Below are positions 26,737 through 41,327 of a stretch of DNA of 64,000 nt, in pieces. Under the pieces are notes generated by a model. The model saw nothing but the letters and a program-made list of their open reading frames with translations, was not told the DNA's origin and did no database searches. The position numbers were made by a program, and so were the translations under genes. How positions within the stretch are numbered: the first letter of the stretch is position 1; each line of letters begins with the position of its first letter. This stretch comes from Octopus vulgaris (lineage: Eukaryota): positions 27,590,001-27,654,000 of the forward strand of contig OX597828.1 in NCBI GenBank assembly GCA_951406725.2, given 5' to 3'.

Positions 26737-27131
26737 TAGGAGTGGCTGTGTGTTAATTAGCTTGTTTACCAACCACATGGTTCCGGGTTCAGTCCCACTG
26801 CGTGGCATCTTGGGCAAGTGTCTTCTGCTATAGCCCCGGGCCGACCAATGCCTTGTGAGTGGATTTGGTAGACGGAAACTGAAAGAAGCCTGTCATATAT
26901 ATGTATATATATATATATATATGTGTGTTTGTGTGTCTGTGTTTGTCCCCCTAGCATTGCTTGACAACCGATGCTGGTGTGTTTACGTCCCCGTTACTTA
27001 GTGGTTCGGCAAAAGAGACCGATAGAATAAGTACTGGGCTTACAAAAGAATAAGTCCCGGGGTCGATTTGCTCGACTAAAGGCGGTGCTCCAGCATGGCC
27101 GCAGTCAAATGACTGAAACAAGTAAAAGAGT
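26737..27131 (+). mobile_element. SINE family A
   Basis: Near-identical to the 8616 and 20478 copies. Confidence 0.9.
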
Positions 27132-29199
27132 ATAATATATCCTCTTTAATGACTAACATACCATACAGTCAAATAATCCTAATTGATCAGATAACTCACA
27201 CCAACAATATTCAATCTTTATCCTTCTCCTGTTTACGCTTTCTATCCTGTTTTTTTCTACTTCACACCTTTTTCAAACTAGCTGTTTCCTTTAATCTGTC
27301 TCTTTCTCTCTAGATCAATGGTTCACAACCTTTTCTATCTAGTTCAGCACTCTACCATTCACTGAATAGCATTGTATAGGTACTCACACACACACCCATG
27401 GTTTGCAAAAATAAAAAAAAGTTATTTTTATGGCATACGGTTATATATACTGTATAGTCTACACATTCAAATATTGCTACTACTTTTCCAAATCCTGTTG
27501 AATTTCACATGGAATTTTTGGTCTTCCTACATCATCTTGGTGTATATATAAGTCGACCCACCTCTTTTGGCTGTAAATTTTGGTCAGAAAAAAAAATTCA
27601 ACTTATATGTTGGAAAATACAGTATCCATACTTTCTCATACCATCCTCTCCAACATGGGTCAATTTTGGGGTATTTGCATGGACTAATAGTAGGAGTTCT
27701 ATTGCCCTGGATAAATAACCTTCCTATCCCTGCCCCAATATGTCTCTCTCTCTCTCCTCCACTTATATTCACCTCCCTGTGATTTGAGGTTTATGCATTG
27801 ACATACCTTTATCATCATCTCTCTCTCTTTTTCAAGTGGGATGGCCATATAGCTCTCTCACTGCATCATCTGGCACAAAGCCACTTCCCTCAATACTACC
27901 CTGCCACCATCACCACCACCACCACCAATCAGTTTAGGGGTCATCTTAAGAGTGTTTCAATGACCTTGCTGGTGCCACATAAAAAGCATCTGGTGGTTGC
28001 CATCAGGAAAGGCATCCAGCCGTAGAACCCATGCCAAAGCCAAACAATAGAGCTTGGTGCAGTCCGCTGCCTTACCAGCTTCTGTGACACCATGCCAGTA
28101 TGGAAAATGGCCATGAAATGGTGAAGATGACAGTTCGAAGTAATATTAAATGCATTCATTTCTCTCATTTATCAAACTTCCACCATTACATCTTGAGTTC
28201 ACACATGCTATTTGGGTAGGTTTCATAAAGGATACTTACAAAGAAATAACCTACAGTTTTTCCTGCTTCTATAAAGAAATAAGGAAACCATCTGTTGTTT
28301 AGTCGACATAAATGTTTCCTTGCTTATGCTGTGGCCTTATTTTGCAGCAGTTCAGCAACTATCATAAAGATCTCTGATCAAAGAGGTTTGACTCCTGACC
28401 ATTCCCCTGTATTTCATTTAAACAAAAGATCTGAAACTACACTATCTGATATGTTTTGATCATCACTTTCTCCTAGATTCTTAAAACTAAATAATGGGGA
28501 CATAAACAAACCAATACTGGTTGTCAAGCAGTGGAAACAAATACAATCATGTACATGCACACATACACATACTATATAGATATATATATATATATATACA
28601 TCTGCCATTGGGAAGGGCATCCAACAGTAGAAACCATGCCAAACCAGACAGAACCTGGTACAGTCCTTTGGCTCATCTGTTCTTAACGAACTGTCCAACC
28701 CATGCCAACATGGAACGGGAAACATTAAATGATGATATACATATGTGTGATGGATTCTGCCAGTGAAGATGACGTATGAACATTCAGCTTTTGCCACAAG
28801 GCCTGCACAAATGATTTGTTTATCGTGATCAAATTTCGTGCCACACATTAACCCGGTCCATCCATCAAATCGATGCTGTCTGAACATGCCAGGTGTTCGA
28901 GTGATTGCAAAGCAACACGAAGATGAAGTGTTTTGCTCAAGAACACAACACACCACCCAGTCTAGGAACTGAAATCAGGATCTAGTGATCATGAATACAA
29001 CATGTCCCCTTAATGTAGTTCTCAGGGAGATTCAGCATGACACAGAAGGTGACAAGGATGGCCTCTTGGAATTACAGGTACAACTCATTGTTGCCAGTTG
29101 AAAGGACTGGAGCAACACGAAATAAAGTCTCAAAGACACAACATACCATTAAGAACTCATAACATTATGATTGTGAGCCGAATGTCCTAAACATATAGA

Positions 29200-29592
29200 C
29201 ATAGGAGTGGCTGTGTGGTAAGTAGCTTGTTTACCAACCACATGGTTCCAGGTTCGGTCCCACTGTGTGGCACCTTGGGCAAGTGTCTTCTACTATAGCC
29301 TCGGGCCGACCAAAGCCTTGTGAGTGGATTTGGTAGACGGAAACTGAAAGAAGCCCGTCGTATATATGTATATATATGTGTGCGTGTATGTTTGTGTTTG
29401 TCCCCCTAGCATTGCTTGACAACCGATGCTGGTGTGTTTACGTCCCCGTCACTTAGCGGTTCGGCAAATGAGACCAATAGAATAAGTACTGGGCTTACAA
29501 AGAATAAGTCCCGGGGTCGAGTTGCTCGATTAAAGGTGGTGCTCCAGCATGGACGCAGTCAAATGACTGAAACAAGTAAAAGAGTAAAAGAG
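29200..29592 (+). mobile_element. SINE family A
   Basis: Near-identical to other family A copies. Confidence 0.9.
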
Positions 29593-31884
29593 ATATGCTT
29601 CCACTTGGGACTGAACCCAAAACCACTTCGTGGCAAAGTGACCCTCTTAGCCACACAGCCATGCTTGCACCTGTATATATTTCTATAAATTTATAATTTC
29701 ATATTAGAATTGACTTTATTTTCTCAGACTTTATGCACCCAACGCCCCGCCCTGCCCCGCCCATGCCTTTGGTTATATAATACACAGGATTGAAATGTTC
29801 AGAAATTTTACATTTTTGACAGATAATTTTGTCAAGTTCTGTCAATTTTATGTTATCTTTTCTCTCAGAATTTTCCAGGTTTGAAGAACGGTAAAAACAT
29901 AGTATTCCTTTTAAAATGCTTTTCTTTCCTTATAAAACTTGGGTATCTTATTTCCTGTATATGATCTTATGTTTTGGTTCTCTTCATTTTGATATCTGTA
30001 AATCATTTTTATTTTTTCATTTTTATTTGTCTTATTTTTGTTTTATGTATTGTATGTCAAGCTGGTGAGAGCTAAAAAAAAAAAACAAGAAAAAAAAACA
30101 ACAAACAAACAAACTAAAAAAGTGACTGAGAATGTTAGATTACTGTTTTAAATCTCAGATTTCCTTGTAGCAGTTCATGCCTGGAAACCTTTTTATCTAT
30201 TTTTCTATATTTTTTTTTTAATATTTTTTTCTACATCAAAATTTTATCAAAAAGGAATAACAGAAGATGTAATAATAATAATAATAATAATAATATTAGT
30301 AATAATGAATCAATAATGATAAATGAAGAAAGAAGAAGAAAAAAAATGCAAATAATTAACAGACTTTTTTAGATTCTGAAATATTAGAATGTACCAACGA
30401 TAAACTACAAGGCTACATACATCAAGCTGAAGAGTAACAACAGACTTTCTCTTTGACAGGAAAGAAAAAAAAATAATATGTGCACTTTCTTTTGTTCAAG
30501 CCTCATTGGTCAACCTTAACACATAGAAAGGTAGAGAGAAGATGAGGAGGAGGAGGAGGAAGAGGAGGAAAGATAGAAGGGAGACAGAGTTTGTTTTGGT
30601 TTTGGTTTTTTTTTTTTTTCTTTTTTTTCCTAATTGCAAACACTTCATTGCCGTAACTAAACTTATTGGCAGATTCCATCCTCTGAGCTGAAATGGAAAA
30701 AGATTTATTAGATTTCTCTGTGTAAAGAGATTCTTTGAAGCTTTTCTGTGGGGAACAATAGCAAGAACTGTCGTCTGGTTCATCAGTTCAAGTTACAGAC
30801 AGTTTATAATTATAAAGAGATTCTGTTCTCTTTGAGAAAGCATTAATTTGTCAAGAATGGAACACCAAAAAATGAAAAGAAAGATACCTTGTTTGAAAGA
30901 ATAGCTACATGATACAAAGAAGAAGAATTCCTGAAAGTTTGCATATTTTCTAAATTACAAATGATATTTCTTAACAACAACCAGAAAAAAACAAAAAAAC
31001 AAAAACAAAAATGAAGATAAAAAAATATGATTTATGTTTTTTTTTTGTATTTTGTAATTTCGTTTTGATAGTTATATAGCCATTACTTTTGTCACCCACA
31101 CTTAAAATTAATTAAAAGAGGAAAATAATGAAAAAAAAAAAGCCCTTTATAAATCACCTGGATACGACAAACTAACTAACATTCATTCCACAACTGATTT
31201 TGGAATAACTTTAGATGTAGTAGAGAAGTGAGAAGTCTAGCAATTATTAAGACTTGAATCGTTAAAAATAAATCTAGTTTCTCCTTTTGAAAAATTATTT
31301 TATATCTGATTTGTTACAGATGTAGATAAAAAGTAAAATAACATTTGTTTCTCAACCAGAACACAATTGAGCCTGAGGAATATACAATTCAGTGGTGAAC
31401 TGGCATGGATTTATTAGCTCAAATAAACCGAAATAGAAGGATCTAATTTAGATATTTCTTGCATTTAATAGAAAACAATGGCAGGTTTCAGTAAGAGCTA
31501 AGAGAAAAACAATGTCCTTTCATCGTCATTACCATTGTTATCATCATCATTCTAACATCTACTTTCCCATGCTGGCATGAGTCGGATGGAATTTGTCGGG
31601 GCCGATTTTCTGTGGCCAGAGGCCATTTCCATTGCCAACATACAGCCATTTCCAAATAAAATAACATTTCCTGTTGGTTAGAAATTTTTTTTCATAATTA
31701 TAATAGTGATTGCTATAGGCACACGTATGATTGTAAGGATTGCTTCCTAACCATGTGCTTTCAAGTTCAGTACCACTGTGTGGTACCTTGTACAAGTGTT
31801 TTCTACTATAGTCCTGGCCAAGCTGACCAAAGCCTTCTGAGTGAATATGGTGGACAGAAACTGAAAGCCCTTCACACAAGCATT

Positions 31885-32055
31885 CATGTATGTGTATATA
31901 CATATATGTATGTATGTAAATACATATATGTATGTATGTAAATACATATGTATATACATACATATATATACACACACACACACACACACATACGTATGTA
32001 TATATATATATATATATATATATTCATATGTATTGTATGTGTGTGTATATATATA

Positions 32056-32097
<42 letters not shown>

Positions 32098-32540
32098 CAT
32101 GTATATGTGTGTATATATATATATATATACACACATATATGTATATATATATATGTATAAATACATACATATATATGTATATATATAAATATATATGTAT
32201 GTATATATATATATATATACATATATATGTACATATATAAATATATATGTATGTATATATATATATATATACATATAGATATATGTATATATATATACAT
32301 ATATATGTATAAATATATATATATGTATATATATACATATATATATATATACATATATATGAATAAATATATATATATATATACATATATATGTATATGC
32401 ATATGTATATACATATACGTACGTATAGATATATGTACAGTAACAATTTAGATTCAGTTGAATATGGTACTTAAGTACATACATATGTGTGTGTGTGTAT
32501 ATATATATATCTATATATATATATATATATATACATACAC
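31885..32540. repeat. Long degenerate (TA)n/(TATG)n/(CA)n microsatellite
   Basis: Directly visible; source of the YIYI ORFs. Confidence 0.95.
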
Positions 32541-32669
32541 ACGTAAAAACACCCACTATACTTTCGGAGTGGTTGGCGTTAGGAAGGGTATCCAGCTGTA
32601 GAAACTCTGCCGGATCAGATTGTAGCCTAGCACAGCCATCTGGTTCACCAGTCCTCAGTTAATCCGTCC

Positions 32670-33049
32670 AATTCTGAGGGTGTGGAAGATGTGGGCCTGT
32701 GAGACCCTAGGATGAGGGACAACAGTGTCATGTTCCCTTAATAAAAACTGGATATACTTAGAACGAAGAAAATGTCTCAGAAAGAAAACATCCTCTTCAT
32801 TTGCAGATAGCCTGTGCTGGAGCTCAGCAAGGGAAGCCACCAGATTCTGTATATCAATTCTTTCCTGGCGGTCTTTCTTTTCATCAGGATGATAGAATCC
32901 CCAAGGCTTCAATGGAAGTATTACTGGCATCGTTAAAGACAGACCGCCTTATTTTAACACATGTCATGAGCTCCAGTAGTCTCAGCAGTAAGTTAATAAC
33001 TCTTAGCTCCATTTTGAAGATCAATCTCGCTATTCATTTCTACCAGCAT
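32670..33049 (-). pseudogene. Decayed fragment resembling the N-terminal/L27 region of a MAGUK p55-family (MPP/stardust-like) gene
   Basis: IDIQNLVASLAELQHRLSANEEDVFFLRHFLRSKYIQFLLREHDTV resembles the L27 helical pattern; upstream ATG frame (MLVEMNSEIDLQNG..) has stops and a frameshift; no introns. Confidence 0.45.
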
Positions 33050-33140
33050 TATTTCTTTTGCTTGAAATAATGTTTTTTCTACAGCGACCGGCAACATGTT
33101 TTGATATTGTGGTTGACTGTTGTCTGGTCTGTTTGAATGT

Positions 33141-33337
33141 CGTCTGTTCGTTACATTGAATCAAGTGATATATCCTTTAAACGTTGTTCATTTTTCCTAT
33201 TTTTTTTTTTTTAATTTTGAAATTACTTCCCGTTAAAGTTGAAATAATTATAAATATATATATATATTTATAATTAAATAGGAAAAAGGAACACTGTTTA
33301 AAGGATATATCACTTGATTCAATGTAACAAACAGACG
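33141..33337. repeat. ~60-bp inverted repeat adjoining a truncated hammerhead 3' half (GAAACGTC on minus); Penelope-like remnant
   Basis: cgtctgttcgttacattgaatcaagtgatatatcctttaaac versus gtttaaaggatatatcacttgattcaatgtaacaaacagacg. Confidence 0.8.
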
Positions 33338-35068
33338 TTTCGGCTGATGAGTACAGGTCACGTGTATTTGCTGCAATATTGATCCATTTTTGTTGCTTTT
33401 TTCTTGTATATATATATATAATTTATATATACTGTATATATATTTCAATCCATGCCAGCATGGAAAACAGCTGTTGAATGATGATGATGATGATGATGAT
33501 AAAAAGGGCTGAGAGAGAATGCAACATGTCATGGGAAGTGTGGGTAGAGAGAGACTAGAGTATATCTAAGTAATTCTGGTGCCAATCAGTCAAGTAGCCT
33601 TTCTGTGGATGCATTTTCGAAAGTCTGTGTGAACCGTCCAAGATTTGGGACCAGTGTTGTGGTTGAATTACTTGATTAACTCCTTCCCCTAAAATGTCTG
33701 TCTTTGTGCCTGGGTTAGAAACACATTATTACAGCAGTGAATCAGTAAACTTGTCAGAACCTGGGTCAATAAAATAAATACAAGCCAGTGGTCCTCAACA
33801 ACCAGGATCCATATATGACCCTTGGAGGTCATATGAGATTGTGTTGTTAAAATTTATGTGCAATTAATTGGTTATACACAAAATATTTTTTTATATTTTT
33901 TAACACAATTTCTGATAATATTTAATTATAAAAGGATTTTTTTAAATATGGCATGGCTATGGAGGGTTCAGAAGAGTAAAATAGGAATGAAGGGGTTTTG
34001 TAGGTAAAATATGGTTGAGAGCCATTGATTTCAATCGATTAAAGCCCTCCCCCTCAAAACTACCTGCCTTGCAACTATGTTAGAAACAATGAACTGGCAG
34101 CAACATCGGGGCATAGAAGAAAATGCCTCATGCATTTCTCCTGACCCTTCACATTTTTGGCTCAACTCCTGTTGAGTTCCATCTCTCTGACATCGATGAA
34201 ATAAAATACCAGTCATATACTAAGTTTGAAGCAACTGACTAATCTTCTGAATGGAAGGCAATGAGCTGACATATTTATTACAGCATCAGAAATGAAATGC
34301 CTAGCAGCAACTCTTTCACCTCTTTACATCATCATCATCATCTGATGCCTGTTTCCCATGGGTTGGACAGTCTGACTGGAGCTGACCAACCAGAAATCTG
34401 CCCATGCTCATCAAGTTGTGTGTTTTGGCATTGTTTCCATGGCTGGTAGCCCTTCCTATCACCAACTGCTTTATTATGAAGTATACTACTTGCTTTTTAC
34501 GTGTAGTATCAGTATGGGTGCTTTCACGTGGTATTGGCATGGGTGCTTTTTATGTGGTACCATCACAAGTGCTTTTTACATGGCACTGTGTTCAATTCCT
34601 GTTGGGGGTCAGCATCAGTCCTGGCAGCACACCAGACAAAATGCTTAACAGCATTTCTTCCAACTTTACATTTTGAGTTCAAATTCCACGTGGATCAATT
34701 TTGTCTTTCATCTTTTCACAGCTGGTAAAATAAATACCAGTTGAGCACTGGAATCAATGTAATTAATTAGCCATTCCTCCAAAATATCAGGCCTTGTGCA
34801 TATAGCAGAAAGAATTATCATCATCATTAATATTACTAATAATAATGATAACTGGGCTGTGAGATGGCAGAACCACTAAAATACTGAGCAAAATGCTTAG
34901 CAGCATTTCGTCCACTTTGGCATTCTTACTTTTCAGTTCTGCCAAAGTTGACTTTGGCTCCCATCTTTTTGAAGTCAATAAAATAATTATCAATTAAAGA
35001 ATGGGATTGATGTAATTGACTTACCCAACTCCCCACCAAAATACTGGCCTTGTGCCAAAATTTGAAAC

Positions 35069-35100
<32 letters not shown>

Positions 35101-35625
35101 CATAAGTCATATATACTACAAAACTCTTCACTGATGCATGTAATAAGATGTAAAAAAAAAAAATAAATAATAAATAACAAAACGGCTGAATACCATTTCT
35201 TTCATTCTGATCACCTTATGCTCTAAAAGACTTTATGCTTCAACAAGAGGCTTCTTCTCCTTTTCCGACTTCATTGGATGCACTGAGGAGAGGGAGAAGA
35301 GGAGGAGGAGGAGGAGAAAGAAAGTGCCATAAAGAATTGGATTGTGTGCCATTATTGTCACTGATTCTGATGGCTTTATCCTGGAATCTATAGGAATTCG
35401 GTGAGCAATAGATGACATTTTTGAAGAAAGCTTCAGGGTGAAAATATATATTCTAGTCACAATGCAAAAAGTGTTGAAGGCTCTGATACTAAAGCCAAAT
35501 CACTGGCAGGTTGTATTCTATACAAAAGGTTGGGAAGGAGGAGGAGAAGAAGAAAAAGAAGAAAACTTTGAAGGCAGCAAAGGGTATAAAAGAGACTAAA
35601 ACTTGTTTAGTTTAAAAACAAACAA

Positions 35626-35760
35626 ATACTACTACTACTACTAATAATAATAATAATAATAATAAGGATAATAATAATAATAATTATTATAATAATAATA
35701 ATGATAAGGATAACAATAATAATAATAATAATAATAATAAGGATAATAATAATAATAAGG

Positions 35761-35794
<34 letters not shown>

Positions 35795-35865
35795 GGATAA
35801 TAATGATAATAATAAGGATAATAATAATAATAATAATAAGGCTAATAATAATAATAATAATAAGG

Positions 35866-35908
<43 letters not shown>

Positions 35909-35942
35909 GGATACTAATAATAAGGATAATAATAATGATGAA
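35626..35942 (+). repeat. (AAT)n microsatellite with periodic AAGGAT interruptions
   Basis: Directly visible. Confidence 0.95.
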
Positions 35943-36536
35943 GATGTAGGAAGGGAAAGAAACAAAAAGAAGGTTATTTTACCATACTTATTTATCATTC
36001 ACACTCTCTTAATTTCTCCTCGTTGTATTCTATGAAAATCAATAGAATCTGGAGGAACTTTCATTATTGTTGCGTCTCATGCTATTGTTCTTGATATTTA
36101 GTCTTTGTTGTCTTTTTTTTTTTTTTTATATAACCATAATTATTATTCTTATTATTGTTATCTCTGTTGTTGTTAGTTTAATTTCTTTTTTTTCTGTTTT
36201 TGTAGTATTCTACCACTACTGCTGCCTTTACTACTACCACTACTACTGAGACTGTTTACTAATTTCTTTGTTCAAATATACATGGTGCTAGCTACATGTA
36301 GGTCCACCAACTTGAATGTGTGTGTGTGTGTGTAGAGAGAGAGAGAAATAGGGCAGGGGGTGAGGGTCAGAAAGGGGGTGTAATGTGTTCTAAGTTTGAA
36401 ACAAGAAAGTAAGATGAACGTATCGATAAAAAGCAAAAATTAAAGAGAAGGTAGGAACTCGTTAAAACTTCTCTCCATTCCAACAGACACAAACTGAAGA
36501 AAACAATACAATAACAGTCAGTTAATAATAATACTA

Positions 36537-36573
<37 letters not shown>

Positions 36574-36816
36574 TGATATTAACAACACTGAAGCAGTATC
36601 AGAATTGAGATTTGAAATATTTATCTTTCAATATGAGTGGATTGAAGTTTTAGCTAAATCAGTGTTAGAAGCGCTTTGGGTGGCTATTTCTAGAAATTTC
36701 CTCTTAAATCTCCTACAACCACACCATTTCTTTATCACTCTAATGATTCACTGCACTTGCTTTATATATATATAAAAATATGAATGAATAAGAATATTTA
36801 AGCATTTAGCATTTAG

Positions 36817-37150
36817 GTCGGCCATAGCCGTGCCGGTGGCATGTAAAAATCGCCATCCGATCGTGGCCGCTGCCAGCCTCGCCTGACCCCCGTGTTGGTG
36901 GCACGTAAAAAGCACCATCCGTCCATGGCCGTTTGCCAGCTCTGTCTGGCACCTGTGCGGGTGGCACGTAAAAAGCACCCACTACCCTCACGGAGTGGCT
37001 GGCGTTAGGAAGGGCATCCAGCCGTAGAAACACTGCCAGATCTGACTGGGCCTGATGCAGCCTTCTGGCTTCACAGACCCCAGTTGAACCGTCCAACCCA
37101 TGCTAGCATGGAAAGCGGACGCTAAACGATGATGATGATGATGATGATGA
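36817..37150 (+). mobile_element. SINE-like family C with (GAT)n tail (other copies 6404-6635, 17203-17520, 21617-21806, 24376-24514, 32540-32670 on +; 5411-5585, 47790-48128 on -)
   Basis: ggcacgtaaaaagcacc modules followed by ggaagggcatccagc..gtagaaa...aacccatgctagcatggaaagcggacg and (gat)n. Confidence 0.85.
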
Positions 37151-37794
37151 TATCCAGCCCAAATATTCTACCTGTTTTATGTTCAAATCAACCGGATCCA
37201 GCCTCTCACACATATCCCACAATGTCATTGAACAACCGCATCATCAGAGTCTCAAAGCTACAAGATAGTGAATGATTAATTCAAAACAATGTAATAAATA
37301 AGTATTACATTTGACAGGGGCAATCTGAATGCTAACGAGTTAATATTAATATATGGATAAATATCAAAACCATATATAAATATGTGCAGGCATGGCTATG
37401 TAGTAAGAAGCTTGCTTCCCAACCTCATGGTTCCAGGTTCAGTCCCACTGCAAGGCACCTTGGGCAAGTGTCTTCTATTATAGTCCCAGGACAACCAAAA
37501 CCTTGTGAGTGGATTTGGTAGACAGAAACTGAAAGAAGCCCGTTGAATATACACATATATATGTGTTTGTGTGTCTATGTTGGTCCCCCTACTATTGCTT
37601 GACAAGTAAAAGAATAAGTAAAAGTAAAAGAATAAGGCTGTAAATACTTGTCTGTTTCACAGTATTCTACTGATAATAACCAACAATTTACCATATTCCA
37701 TGATGATCATTGGAGAAATATTTGTGTGCCTCCGTGGATTTGCTGATATTCGTGAAATCTGACCATGAGTGTTATAATTGTTATTTCTTCTAAA

Positions 37795-38097
37795 TATCAA
37801 GACTGCATCATATTTCCATTGTACTGGAATGTCACAAGAAAGAATTGCGAGACAGATTCTTCAAGCCGAACCGAACCGGCAGTGGACCTAAGGGTCGACC
37901 AAGAATGAGATGGTCGGATGACATCCATGGTCCTCAATTGGTTACAGTTGGGAATCCAGCAGGAAAGTCTAATGACAGTTGCTTCTGATAGGGCCCTATG
38001 GAGGAGGTGCCTGGGAACCTGAGGAGTCTAATCCATCACAACCCTCCCAGAAATACTGGGCAGAGAAGATGAATGCGTGAATGAATGGGTGAATGGA
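37795..38097 (+). mobile_element. RTE-clade LINE 3' end fragment
   Basis: RIARQILQAEP..PKGRPRMRWSDDI..VASDRALWRRCL peptide remnants and (GAAT)n-like tail. Confidence 0.75.
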
Positions 38098-38427
38098 TAT
38101 TGCTGATTGAACTTTCTTCGGAATTTTTTCTTTTTAATTCTCATAAAGCAGTTTGGCTTAAAATCAATTAAATCAATTGTAATTGATTGCTAACACCAAC
38201 TTTACTGATTCCGAAATGGATGATCAGTAATGTTAATCCCAGTGACATTGGAATTTAAAATCTTATCTACTACAATGTATATGCGTCTAGTCTCTATATC
38301 TATAAGGCTCTATACTCCAAAACTGTTGTAATGTTTTGAATAGATTAGCATTGATTGCATAATTGTTTTGCTGAATCAACAATTATCATATTAAAACCAA
38401 TACCTTCTTATTTAATTTATACATCCA

Positions 38428-38810
38428 CTAGCAGTATCACCCAGCATTGCTCGGGTTTGTAAGGGAAATAACTATATAAGCATTTTTAGAGATGTAAAGT
38501 ATAATAGCCATCTCAATATGGCTAACCACAAAGGGGAGGGGGTTACTGTAGCTTTTTACGTTCTGAGATTTTGATAGTTACTTCCCTTATATATGCCAAA
38601 AATGCATTAAAAATGGGAAAAATTGATGGTAAATTTTTTTGAAAATCATAGACTCATCGTAGACGTGCGCTAATACCCAGAAGGGCTCGATATGAATCAC
38701 GACTATAAGATACCCAGTTTTGGTTAAACTGCGCCGCAAAATGTGGGAATAGTTAGGAATCTAAATCGTAGGAGACAGACAGCACACAACCTCACTTTTA
38801 TATATAAAGA
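38428..38810 (-). mobile_element. Non-autonomous Helitron
   Basis: On minus: A|TC...CTAG|T termini, subterminal cccgagcaatgctggg hairpin, no TSD. Confidence 0.8.
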
Positions 38811-38944
38811 TTTCCATCACACTTCTTACCTACATACCAGTTTCATCTTTCTTCAGCACATGATTTAACTACTTCATCCCATTTCTCTTCGTCTGTCATT
38901 CTCTAAAACTGTTTCTTTCTCTCTCTCTCTCTCTCTCTCTCACT

Positions 38945-39075
38945 CACTGATACACTGTTTATCCATCAAAACAATTTCATTTCCATTCTTTCCAGCCCTT
39001 CTCTGCTGCTCCATGTTTACTACCCATGTCTCACACCCATATATCATAGCATTTCTCATATGTGTAGCAGACCAC
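38945..39075 (-). mobile_element. RTE-clade LINE ORF fragment
   Basis: AMIYGCETW matches the post-RT YGxExW motif. Confidence 0.65.
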
Positions 39076-39113
39076 TTACTAAACTCATTTACACAGTGTA
39101 ATCTTCTATGGTG

Positions 39114-39146
<33 letters not shown>

Positions 39147-39229
39147 AGTAAAATGATAATTAGTACATCACAAATTTTATAGCATTTAACGAATTTTCTT
39201 CTTTATAGATATTTAGATTTCTGACTTAC

Positions 39230-39814
39230 TTTTGGTTTTCCTTGTTCTGTTGTTGTTCTTGGAGTTGGAGTAATTTGGGACACAGATTTAGAAGACACTT
39301 GGCTGTTCAAACAATAATTCTGAGTGTTGATGTGTTGGACTTCAGGTCCATTGTTCAACGTAGTTTTCCAATGCAGACTGTCTTGGAAAGGTACAGATTG
39401 TTCTCGAATATACGTCTTTGGAGACGTCACTGTTGATACCTTCATTGTGCTAGCAGACACTGGCCTCTTGACTACTTGATGGGATGGAATTTTTGGTGTG
39501 ACTTGTAATGGAGCTGATATCCGCCGGTTTCTCGATGGTACAGTGCTGCTGTGGTTACTAGAAGTAGTGGGAGGTTGGGTTGTGGATTTTACTAAAAAAG
39601 CCTCCTTGTTTACTCTAGGTTTGGATATGAACCGTAGCTGATTTTCTGAATGATTTTCTTTAGATCTGTTGGATTGTAAGATTTGTGCTTTTGATAATGC
39701 ATGGTGGTGGTTAATAGTTCGATTATGAACAGGGATTGTCCCCAGTTGGGAAGCAACTGTTCTATGTTGACTTTCATTTTTTAAATCATTTGGGAATTCA
39801 CTTTCAGTTTCAGC
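39230..39814 (-). CDS. BEN-domain gene, internal exon encoding a 195-aa S/T/P/Q-rich linker (AETESEFPNDLKNE...TEQGKPK)
   Basis: 585-nt stop-free frame in AT-rich DNA; polypyrimidine tract plus ttttaAG acceptor; GTAAGT donor; phase 0-0; contains ORF 39203..39460 in the same frame. Confidence 0.85.
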
Positions 39815-40917
39815 CTTAAAAGAAAGAATAAAAATGTAAAACTATGATCACTTTGTCAACAAAATAAAAATGACCCACAAAACTATTTCTGTATCAAGCC
39901 CTCTGCTAATTCTTTACATGCATAGACATACCTTACACTTCACTTAACAATGTTCAAACAGCAGAATTTACAAATTCTATTTGTTTCAGTCAATGGACTG
40001 CAACTGTACTGTGGCAATGCCTTGAGGGGCTCAGCAGTTCAAATGAACCCCAGTAGTTATTTTTTTAAATTTTTATTTTTTGAAAGTCTGGTTATTATTT
40101 TATCAGTCTTTTTTTGCCAAGACACTAAGTTACAGGGATGTAAAGAAACCAACACTGGTTGCCAAGTGGTGTGGGTGGAGCATACACAAAGACTGAGACA
40201 CATACCACACACAGGGTTTCAGTCTACCGATTTCACCTACACGGCCTTGGTGGGCCTGTGGCTATAGTAGAAGACACTTGACCAAGGTGCCATGCAGTGG
40301 GACTGAACCCAAAACCATGCCTATATACACACACAAAACCCTGTACTCTTGATAAGCAAATTCCCATTCACTATCCTTTTATATACTCATTAGCCTGCCA
40401 TCATTATTTTACATATTTCCTCTGTCTTTTCTCCTACAAATCTAATGTCCGTTTGATCTTACATGTTAAACACGTTCTATTCACATATCTGTCCTCTTAT
40501 CTCATCACCCTAGCTGGCTGTATTTCACTTCTCTGTTCCCAGAACCATATCTGCTTGGAATTTCCACCTTTGTTCCAACTCAATTAAATAAACTCTAACA
40601 AATTTGATAAACATCAACTGCACTGAATTTACCCAACTAATTTTGATTGCTTACTTTCAAAGGCCTGCAAAATATATTGGCACAGTCTCTCATTGTGAGA
40701 TTAAAAAAAAACAAAAAAAAAACAAAAAAAAAAAAATTAAATTTTGGTTTTAACTGATCTACAAGAATTATTGAAGTATTTATCTTCAGTTGTCACTGCC
40801 ACCATTATTACCTTTATGTATTAAAGAACAAATCTTCTGAGTCTTAGTTTAACCATTTGTATTCCGATTATTTGGTCAAACGTATCGCTTATTTTGTTTT
40901 GGAATAATCATGCATTA

Positions 40918-41327
40918 TAGGCGCAGGAGTGGCTGTGTGGTAAGTAGCTTGCCTACCAACCACATGGTTCTGGGTTCAGTCCCACTGCGTGTCTTCTGCT
41001 ATAGCCTCGGGCCGACCAATGCTTTGTGAGTGGATTTGGTAGTCGGAAACTGAAAGAAGCCAGTCGTATATATGTATATATATGTATGTATGTGTATGTA
41101 TATGTTTGTGTGTCTGTGTTTGTCCCTCTAGCATTGCTTGACAACCGATGCTGGTGTGTTTACGTCCCCGTCACTTAGCGGTTCGGCAAAAGAGACCGAT
41201 AGAATAAGTACTGGGCTTACAAAGAATAAGTCCCGGGGTCGAGTTGCTCGATTAAAGGCGGTGCTCCAGCATGGCCGCAGTCAAATGACTGAAACAAGTA
41301 AAAGAGTAAAAAGAGAAAGAGAGAGAG
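40918..41327 (+). mobile_element. SINE family A (short internal deletion), inserted in a MITE
   Basis: Lacks the ggcaccttgggcaagt segment, otherwise matches family A. Confidence 0.9.

Noticed and set aside
31747-32556. 269-aa and overlapping YIYI-rich ORFs (and similar ORFs throughout the window)
   Set aside because: Translations of dinucleotide microsatellites
33787-34027. Degenerate hAT-like MITE
   Set aside because: TIRs imperfect and no TSD found; too weak to call
35687-35998. Poly-Leu/poly-Ile ORFs resembling membrane proteins
   Set aside because: (AAT)n microsatellite translation
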